Made by a program: the position numbers and the translations under genes
DNA from: Vitrella brassicaformis CCMP3155
Taxonomy: Eukaryota > Protista > Chromerida
Assembly: GCA_001179505.1 (NCBI GenBank)
Contig: CDMY01000470.1
Span: 6,210-70,209 of the forward strand
DNA length: 64,000 nt
Direction of reading: 5' to 3'
Shown here: piece after piece, positions 21,557-31,600 of the stretch
How the letters are laid out: the number at the start of each line of letters is the position of its first letter
Numbering within the stretch: position 1 is the stretch's first letter
Notes under the pieces: model-generated
Seen by the model: only the letters and a program-made list of their open reading frames with translations
Told to the model about the DNA's origin: nothing
Databases searched by the model: none

Positions 21557-22568
21557 ATGACAAAGTTGGATAAGGACGAGGTCAGTGCGGCACACGTGTG
21601 TGCGGGTGTCTGTGTTCGTGTGCTGGTGTGCGTGTGTGTTTGTTGGTCGAATGTGGCATGTCGAACACACAATTCGGCAGAAGGAGCACATGTGCATGAA
21701 TCTCTCTCTCTCTCTCTCTCTCTCCGGGCGTGTGGATGGCTTGCAGAGCCAGGAGAGCCTGAACATTCGCCGCCACCTGATGGCCGGGACGCTGGACGCC
21801 AACACGCCCACCACGTCCAAGGACTCGGTGAGTGAGCGAGCAATTCAGGGTGGGTGGGNNNNNNNNNNNNNNNNNNNNNNNNNNNNNNNNNNNNNNNNNN
21901 NNNNNNNNNNNNNNNNNNNNNNNNNNNNNNNNNNNNNNNNNNNNNNNNNNNNNNNNNNNNNNNNNNNNNNNNNNNNNNNNNNNNNNNNNNNNNNNNNNNN
22001 NNNNNNNNNNNNNNNNNNNNNNNNNNNNNNNNNNNNNNNNNNNNNNNNNNNNNNNNNNNNNNNNNNNNNNNNNNNNNNNNNNNNNNNNNNNNNNNNNNNN
22101 NNNNNNNNNNNNNNNNNNNNNNNNNNNNNNNNNNNNNNNNNNNNNNNNNNNNNNNNNNCAGGGTGGGTGGGTGGGTGGGTGAGATGAGATGGGATGAGAG
22201 AGATTGGTTCACCGCAGTTCCCTCCCTTCACGGCATACACGCCTCTCTCTCTTCACCTGTGTCTGTGTTGTGCCTCTAGAGTGAGCACCCCCTCCCCCCT
22301 CCCGCTCCCCAGCTCCCCTCCATGCAGTCGCGCATTCGGCACACGGCGGCCCTGCAGTCGCAGCTCGAGCTACTCAACGACACCCTCAACCTCGAGACGT
22401 CCACAGACCATGACATAGACCCCGCGGCTGACGTCACGGCCTCCCCCATCCCCTCGCGCGTCGCCCGATTCGATCTGGCGGCCGACACAGCTCGCCTTCA
22501 GGGCAGCGTCGAGCGGTTCCTGGCCACGAGAGACGAGCTGCAGCAGAGGGAGGACTTGAGGACCGCAG
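21557..22568 (+). pseudogene. 'Gene B': three in-phase 5' exons of a hypothetical protein, truncated by the inserted promoter copy at 22585
   Basis: MTKLDKDE | SQESLNIRRHLMAGTLDANTPTTSKDS | SEHPLPPPAPQLPSMQSRIRHTAALQSQLELLNDTL...REDLRTA all join in phase 0 through GT-AG introns. No downstream exon is evident. Confidence 0.6.
21859..22158. other. Assembly gap (300 N) inside a (GGGT)n intron tract
   Basis: Run of N flanked on both sides by cagggtgggtggg. Confidence 1.
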
Positions 22569-22584
22569 GTGCAGTTTCTGTACC

Positions 22585-23001
22585 GCCTCCAGTGCACTTC
22601 TGCAATGCCGGTTGACGCATAGAATGGCCTTCTGGCTGCCAAAAAGCGATGGATGTCGGCGGAGGGAAGCAAACAAGAGATGATTAGCGCTCCTGCTGCA
22701 TCGTTTGTCGCGCTGTCGTTTTGCGAGTTTTCAGGCAGGGATCGCTCAGTTTCGTCAGTCGACGGCAAATAAAAGAGTATTGCCGCTGCTGCCGCTCGTG
22801 TGAGGCCTTCGTGCCGTGACAGTGAGGCCTCCGGGCCGTAAAAAAGATTTCGAAGGAGAAGGAGAAGGCGGCGACGACGAATCGGCCACAGGTACGCACC
22901 CACGTAGAGAGGGAGTGTGTACATGATGCATTCTCAGTCAGGTAGACAGAAAAGTGAGAGGGATGCATCAGAATGCACCACTCGGTCGATGCATCCACCC
23001 A
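22585..23001 (+). repeat. Inverted duplicate of 18166-18594
   Basis: Reverse-complement identity over two blocks of about 110 and 180 bp. Confidence 0.95.
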
Positions 23002-23390
23002 TCTAGGAAGCGCCAGACGTTTGACGAGACCTTTCTCGCTGTGTGTCGCGCCTAGATAAAGAGGAGGCGAGAAACACGAGAGGGCGTCGAAGGCCATGAG
23101 AAGAGACTCAGGTGCACACCGAGTACATGACACACTCCACTCTGTCAGACAGACAGACAGGGTAGAGGCGGAAAGGCCATGCGCATCGGCCAGCCTGCTT
23201 GGAATCAAGAGAAACATCTCATGTCTCTTGCTGATCAGGTCTTAGCAATCGCTGCTTACATTTAATATTTCGAGACACTTTAACCTACCGAAGGGAGCGC
23301 GGTAAGTCTGAAGAGACATAATACGAACAGGGTGGGCGCTTTTTATTTGTCTCATGATCCCACTCGATGCAGCCTACCAGCCCCACAAAC

Positions 23391-24765
23391 CACCGAGGCG
23401 CCCAACGACAGCCCCACACTCACCACTGACCACTTCCCGCCACTCCTGCCCACAATCAACAACACCGGCACAACCACCGGCAAGAGGAGCAGCCGCGGCA
23501 GCCTCTCGTCACCAGCCCAACAGCAGCTGCGTCTGGAGATGGGCGCCTACATCAGGGCCCGCGACGACAAGAGGGGGCAGTGTGAGGACGCCGCCAGCAT
23601 TCCGGCTGAGGCGGGCGTCATGGTGGTGGCGGACGGCGTGGGAGGCTTTGTGGACGACCACCCTGGCGTCAGTGCACGTGACTTCGCGCGTGCAGTGACC
23701 GTCAAGACCATGGACGAGGCCATGGCCATGGCACCGCTCCGAGACGCCCGCACCAACAGGGCCAAGCAGCTGGTGGAAGAGGGATGGGCCAAGACAGCCG
23801 CCGACCGACACGGCCCGCCTGGCGCCAGCACCATCGCAGTCGCCGCCACCACGCACGACGAGGAGGGCCGGCCGTGTGTGGACGTCGCCGATAACGGCGA
23901 CACTGCGGTGGACCAAAACATCCAAAGTAACCATACGCAAAAGGCGACGTCTCAGAATTTTTACTTGTTTCTCGGTTTGTGTCTCAGATGGCTGCCTACA
24001 TTTTATATCCGACAGACATGTGATCTCTCACCGGCTCAGCCTCACACGAGCACTGCCGCGGCGGGGGGCTACGTCAGGCTGTGGATTCCGTCCGCCAACA
24101 GGTAGTCAAGAGGGAGAGACACGTTTGTATAGCATATCCCAGAACAATTCTTGCTCGTGTGTCAGCTGTTGTTCTAGCTATAGCCGCTGCCACATACGAC
24201 GAGGACGGCCAGCCGTGTGTGGACCTCGCCGCATACGGCGACTCGATTATAATGGTCGTCAGCTTCCCCCACCACGGCCCCCCCATCATCGTGACCGCGC
24301 TGGAGCCGATGCATCACCGCAACCAGCTCAACTACCCCTTCCAGCTGCAGCGCATCCCCCGCCGCCGGGCCGCCGACATCCTAATACCACCACCGGCCAC
24401 CCTCAAGCGCCTCACCCGCACTGACCACCGAGCGGAGGATGCCACGGAGGCGACCATCGGGGTTCAGGCTTGTCGGTGCCCTCGAGAGCGGCGATATTGA
24501 TATCGCCTGCTCGGACGGGGTCACCGACAACCTGTTCCACCACGAGATCGTCTTCTTCGCCCAGACGTTCCGGAGCCTGCCCGCCGACAGGCTGGCCGCA
24601 CATCTTGCGCGGCTGGCGTACCGCAAAAGCAAGAACAAGAGCGAGAAGCTTGACACGCCCTTCCGGCAGATGTGGGAGGCGCACGGCGAGGAGTGGCTGC
24701 AGGGCGGGAAGGAGGACGATATCACGGTGCTGGTGGCCAAGGTGGGGTCGGCGGAGGGGGTCTGA
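23391..24765 (+). pseudogene. PP2C/PTC7-like cassette, copy 1 (chimeric, interrupted)
   Basis: Motifs QCEDAA, VVADGVGG, GDT/GDS, CSDGVTDN and EDDITVLV. The N- and C-halves are in different frames, and there is a 1-nt deletion at about 24480 relative to copy 2. Confidence 0.85.
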
Positions 24766-25067
24766 GGACTAGAGGAGGCGGCCGTCTTTGTCAGTATCGC
24801 TGCTTACATTTTATATCTGTCGTACTTGATTGACCGATCGATGCATTTGTGCGGGTGATGCTGGTGCATGATGGATGAATGAGACATCTTTCAAGAGACC
24901 CCTTGGTGGCGATTCAACGCTCACAGCCTCCATCAGTCAGTGAATGGATAATTGATAATGTGCAGACCGATTCATTGCCACGCACTAAGGAACACACAAC
25001 CATGTCTTACGCCGCGACCATATCCAACTCAGCACGAGCCAGCCACAATACCACACTCTTCACACGT

Positions 25068-26744
25068 CTATTCACATTGTCTCTCTGCATCAACCGCCTG
25101 CATTCGACCTCCACGCCTCCCGCCCCCCTCCCTACCGTCCACTCTGATGGCCAGGCCCTGCTCGACCCCGCTCATCCCATGTGGGCCAAGTGATGTGTCG
25201 TGCAGCAGCCACTGGCCGGGGTCCTTCCACGACAGCAGCGAGCGGTGGGGCCGCTTGAGGATCGAGCGCGTGTCCATGACCCACAGCACACGACGAAGGC
25301 CCAGCTGGGCCTCCTGGCGGTCATCTGCTACCGGCGCGGCGGAGTGGAGTTGCCGGTCGACGTGAAGGAGGGTGGCCTCGAGGGATCGCTGGAGCTCGTG
25401 CCTCTGGTGCTTGGTCAACGAATCTGCACATGGAAACACCAGGGTGAGTGCTCCCTCATCGTGTTTGGTGTTTGTCTCACCAGTGAGGTTTGATGCCGCC
25501 CTGAAGAGCTGCTCCATCCATGGCGAATCGAACGCACCAGCAATGCGCAACTGAACAAGACAGATCCGTGCATCCGCCACCCCGTCGCTTGACGAGTAGG
25601 TCAATGTATCGTTTGTGCATGTCCTACTTGTGCGAGTGTCTGCACACAGTCGCTCGCCCTCAGCCGCTCCACCTTGTCATCGATCCGAGTGTGCAGATCC
25701 TTACCCACAGAGCCAGCCTGCACAGGGCAGCAAGCCACACAATACCTCACCAGTCTTCACCCACACCACCCATTGGCTTCCATCTCACCTGATGCAGCTG
25801 CATCTTGGTCAGCCCATCATACATGAGGCAGAGGTCCCACACAGGGCTGCCCGCAACCCTGTCCACCACCACTAAACGACTCGCCCACCGCTGCAGCCCC
25901 ATCTTGCCCCCTTCCTCCCCCTCCACGCACCCGAGGGCGTGCACCAGCCGACACAGAGCACTGCCGTCAAGACGTGACCAGTCCGCAAGACACCCACCAA
26001 TCAGCAGCCGCAGCTGAGCGTCGGTCAGCGCGTCGACAGCCTTCAGGACAGCGGTCGCCGAGAGAGTTTCCACTAGCTGGTCGGGTGTGAGGGCCTCAAG
26101 TGCGTCGAGAATGAGAGGCACGCAAGTGTGGGGAACAGACGGGGGGACTAGGAAGCCGCTCCAGGCAAGCGAGTGCAGAAGGCTGGCCAGGGAGGGGGCG
26201 TCGAAGTCGCTCGCTGAGCAGGCCAGGCGCTCACACACAGCCTGGAAGAGGGCAGCAGACCTGAACAATACGAATCAGTAACCACAACCAGAATGAGCGG
26301 TGAGCTTCATGCTCTGTGTTTCTGGTCGTGTCATGTGCTGCAGCACCCGTGTGTTCTCCAGTGGGCCAGTATGCGCATCGTGGCGACAACATTGGGAGTC
26401 GATAGATACATGTGCTCCTCCCGCAGCCGACGCAGCACATGCCGCCAGGCCGCCTTGCTCGGATCTATCTTCCTGCACGTACACCACACGCGCACACACG
26501 CATCCACAAGAGCCATCGTCTGCACTGCAATGCACTCAATGCATTGCATTTCGCCGCACCGCTTCCTGGTGTGTTTGTACCTGTCTGAGAGCTCCGTGAG
26601 TGCCTTGAATGCCTTGGCAGCTGACGTCACTTGAGTCGTTTGCTCGGCCATGTTGATGAATGTGCGGGCGGCGGGCGAGATGCGCCGGGGGATGGGAGGG
26701 GGCAGGGGGGCGGGCACAGCCACACACCGCACACGACAAGCCAT
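25068..26744 (-). CDS. Multi-exon alpha-helical-repeat protein (OPR/HPR/FASTK-like character), probably organelle-targeted
   Basis: R/P/A-rich N-terminus resembling a transit peptide. Leu/Ala helical segments (DAPSLASLLHSLAWSG, TPDQLVETLSATAVL, GSALCRLVHALG). GT-AG introns. The family call is weak. Confidence 0.55.
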
Positions 26745-28639
26745 GTTATCGACTCAGACACCAGATCTCAGATGATCAAATGAAATCACCCTGAATGTAT
26801 ATCAGCAGGAAATTGAACGAAGGGGCATCACATCAAACAGACGGCCTCCATACCAAAGGTGGGAGAACTTCGGAGTCCTACAGCTAAAATACAACCGGGC
26901 CGGGCCTGACGTTTTGGCTGCGTGCTTGTGATCTTGCGTCTCGTGGATCGCACCTTGCCTTCTCAGTTTGCTTTTTCGGCCCAGTGCTGCTGTACAACAC
27001 TGCCAAGGGCCTGGCTATCGTCTCCCACACACCTGAATCGCCCATCTGCCTTCCTGGTATGCATGCGTGCGGACACGGAAAGGGAATGAGGGCACGGAAA
27101 GGGACGCATATGTGGGTGTGTTCGTGTGTGGATCCATGCGTCGTCGTTGTGCTGTTGTGGTGTGGTATGGCAGGTTGTTTCTCGCACTCCTCTGTCGCCT
27201 TGCTGTTGCGTTTGGGTGCGCTGTACAACACTCTCTGGTTCGCAAGCGCACACACTGACTGGATGGCTGGCTTGTGTGTGTCCATCGTGTTGGTGGTGTT
27301 GTGTGTGTTGGTGGCAGGTTGGTTTTCGCACCCTCTGTCGTGTCGCTTTTCGTTCGGGTGCACTCTTGCCATCACTCTCTGGTGCGCATCAAGACAGACA
27401 GACAGACAGAGAGGCAGACACATACACCGACCACACACACCAGACTGTCTGTGTGGCTGCCTGGCTGTGCATGCGATGTCCTCAGACGTGCTTTGCTTTT
27501 GCCGGTCGTCTGCGAGTTTGGCAGCGGCAGTTCCCTGCCTTGTCAACGCTCACAGCGCCCATTGGTTGAGCTCGCTGCATGACCGGCACTGTCTAAGGAC
27601 TTTCGCGACAGACGTTCATTCATTCAATCGCTCTCGAGTCCCCACGCTTGAGTCAACCTGTGTTGATCTAGACCACCTCCTCCGGATGGTCTGAGCAGAG
27701 CACAAGAAAACCAACTACAGCCTCATCAGAAGCTCGCAGATGGTTTGGAGATCGCAAAAGTGAGAAGGGGTCAGCGTTGCTTCTTCAAGGTACGCACAGT
27801 CACACTCACACACAGCACACCGAACTCGTGAGCCCAGCCTCAACACACGTCACATTTGACCCGCATGCATGTACGCACACGAGGGACAGACGAGTGGGTG
27901 AGGGCCACAGGCAGGAAGGCGAGCAAAGGGGCAGAAACGACTCCACAGCGGCCAGCAGGGAGGCAGAAGCACAGGGGCAGCCAGGCCGTCTCACAGGCGT
28001 CACGTGTGTACTGGCAGTCAGGCATTTCGTTGGCACCTGACGAGTTGATCGGTGCATGTGTGTCCATTGGTGGTGTGTTTGGGCTGCGGGCGTCATGGCG
28101 TCTCCCTGTGTGTGTCTGCTTCAGGTGACTCGCCCTCCTTCTGCTGCCCCTCCGACAGACAGCACCCGAGTGAGCAGAGCCCACCTACTGAGGATGTGAG
28201 ACCACACCAACAGGACGTCTAGCGGACGGCAATTACTGGTCGATCAACGCCTTTCCCAGCAGACGGCATCCAGCAATCGGACCCATTTTTGAGCTCCCTC
28301 CCTCCCACCCGTAGTAGCATAGCCTGTCGCTTGAAGAGGCACACGTATGCACGTACGTCGTCTGAGTGAGTGAGTGGCGCTCCTCGACCGTCTGTCCGTC
28401 TTCCCCCATCCCGCTTGCCTGCCTTCTTGTTTGAGGACGGCCAACCATCGAACCAGCCCCCTCCCTCCCTCCCTCCCTCCCTCTCGGACGCACTCACATA
28501 GATGCCCTCTTCCTCACCCACCAAGTGCTGACCTGACCTAGCCGCACCAGAACCACAACCTGCCCGCTTTACTTCGTTGCCTGACTGACTTATCTATCTG
28601 TCTATCTGTCTATCGCTCACCGCATGTGTTAGTCTCCGA

Positions 28640-31600
28640 ATGGCCAACGGTCTGATGGCTGACGTGTATGGTGGTGCTGGTGTGGAGGGGGGCGGGATCT
28701 CGGCTGCCGTGGCGGAGGTCATCCACTCGCTATGGTCAGTGACACACACAACACACAACACACAGAGAGGGATATGGGACAGCTAAGCGGCATCTTATGT
28801 GCGTCTGTGTGTGTGTGGCGGTGTGTGTGATGTTTCTGTCAGGCTTGAGCTAGTGGTGTGTTCGTTCCTGATGGTGGTGTGGGTGTGGAGGCAGCGGCAC
28901 AATGGCAGCAAGACCAGCACCAAAAGCACTACCAAGACCACCGCCACCAGCAGCGGCAACAGCAGTAAGGCCAAGCAGGCTGCTGCCGGGCGGCCATCTC
29001 CCCCGTCCATCCCCCACCTCTCGGCTCCCTCACACCCCCCCTCCAGCAAATGGTCCGTCGCTGGCGCCATCCGCTCCACGGCAGCCACCATCATCAACAG
29101 ATTCAAGAAGAGGACCACTGCACCGCCCAACGCGGCGGCCCATGACACCACCGACGAGCACCAGCCGGCCGACGACCAGAGCCCCGTTGCTCGCAAGCGC
29201 CCAGACGCGCTTCTGCTGGCGTCGCCCTCTGACGGCGGGCTGGCCAAGGCCATGGCGGAGGCGGTGCTGCGGGAACAGACGCCCTGGTCGCCCAACGCAC
29301 AGGTGGCTTCCAAGGGCCACCCGCAACCGCCCTTGGCGGCCACCAGCCCCCTCCTGGGCGACTTTCCCCCGCCACCCGACGGCCTCTTCGCACCCCCCAC
29401 CAACCAGCACCAGCAGTGGAGCGGCGTGTTTGCCACCTCCCCCAGCCCCTCCCACGCCCACACACACGCCTTCGCGACCTCCTCTGTGCACAGCGTGCAC
29501 TCGCTCAGCCCCTTCACCTCCAACACGTCACCGGCGCCGTCGTCAGTCGTGGCACAGCAGCACTCGCCTGACCTGGTGGTGGGGTCGTCGGGTGGCGGGC
29601 AGCACAGCGGGACGGCCACCACCATGACCACACCGTCGTTCTTCAACGGCTCCTTCGGCATCCCTGCCACTTCGTCGGTGACGAGCTCGCCCGCAGCCGT
29701 GACCAACGACGGGTGGGCCGTGAGTGGGGGAGGGGGGAGCGGCAGTGGAGGCGGGGGGAGTGGCGATAAGGGCGGCTATCGCAAGGACAAGGACCACTGC
29801 AGTGACGACTCGTCGACGCACGAGCAGGCCTTCCCGGAGCTCTCGGCGGCCGCATCGCCCACATCGACATCGCCCACATTCGCCAAGAAGGACATTGTCG
29901 ACGAGTCCCCCGTCCACCAGGCCATCGTGTACCGTCGGCCAGGCATCTCGCGCCTCCCCACCGAGGCGCCCAACGACAGCCCCACACTCACCACAGACCA
30001 CTTCCCGCCACTCCTGCCCACCAGCACAGCCACCAGCGCCACCAATGGCAAGAGGAGCAGCCGCGGCAGCTTCTCGTCCAGACATGACAGCAATGAAGGC
30101 ACCACCCACAACAGCAGCCACGGGGGCGGATCGGGCGCCAAGAGCTCCACTGCCCGCCGTCTGTCTGCCTTGACGGAGCGGCTGACGTCCGTCGGCTCCA
30201 CCAGTGCGGGCGAGACCCCGACCCATCGTGGGTCTATCGACCAGGGCAAGATGGGCGGCGACACACCATCCTCCGGGAGCGCATCCACCTCCGAGAGCCG
30301 CATGCGGGGTGAGGAATCGACCAACGGCAATGGGGGCAATGGGGGAAACGGTGAGAGGGGCTGGGGCGGTGCTCGTGAGAGATGGGGCAATGGTGGCGGT
30401 GGCGGTGGGGGCGGCCGTGGTGGTGGTGGTGGTGGTGGTCGAGTGAAAGGCATAGTAGAGATGGACAACACAGTTCCGTTTGAGGAGCTGGCGCGAGACC
30501 CGATGCGGCTGCGTGGGAGCATCATGGACATGTGCACCAAGCGATACGGCAGGGCCATCGAGTACTACAAAATGGCAGTCAGAACAGGCGTCTACAAGTG
30601 GGGAGGGGGGAGGGGGAGGGGATGGGGGAGATCGGCACCACCCACAAGGCAACACATCCACACCCACACATCCCGTGTGTGTTGGTGTGTGCAGGCACAT
30701 CCGCGACGAGCAGATGTATGTCAACTTGGTGCAGCTGGGGCTGTTCCTGGGCCACCGCGACCTGGCGGACAGCGTGTTGGGTGACATGAAGGCGGCCTCC
30801 ATCCCGCGGCCTCTCAACATGTACATCTCCATCATGAAAATGTTCGCTGCACGACACCTCTACTCGAAGGTATGTACGCCACACAGAGAGTGGGAGGGAA
30901 AACACCTAAGAGACATCCTGTGTGTGGGCCATCCGTCCACACATCGACCCTTTGGTCAGTGTCTGTGGCTGTATGAGGCTATGCGGGAGGACGGCCACGC
31001 CCCCCGCGACGCCACCATGTACTCGTGCCTTCTGTCGGCGGCCGTCGAGTCGGGCGAATTCGACAAGGCCATCGAGTTCTTCAAGAAGGTATGCCCTTCT
31101 TGTCTGTCTGTCTACTCAGCCAAAGCCAAGTCTTCTGCGTACTCTCTCTCTCTCTCTGTGTGTGTGTGTGTATGGTTCAGTTGTCCAACGTGGGCCGTCC
31201 GTCGATCAAGGCCTTCATGCAGGTCATCCGAGTGCACTCGCGACGAAACGACTGGCAGGCCGCACTCAACCTGCTCAAACAGGTCACTCTCCCGGCCCCA
31301 CACACACACCACACAGGCAAGACCATCCCTCTCTCTCTGTGTGTGTGTGTGTGCATCCATCAGTTGTGTGACAGCGGGATGGAGCCCGACAACCTGATAG
31401 TCAACAACGTGTTGGCGACGTGCGTCAATGCGCGGCAGGTGGCGGTGGCCCGCACGCTGCTCGAGGAGATGAAAGACACACCGGGACTGCTCGACACCAT
31501 CTCATACAACACCATCATCAAGGTAAGCACCCAGCCCACAGGCGCTGACAGACAGAGGGCAAGAAATGTACCTCTGTCTCTCTCTCCGTGTGTGTGTGTG

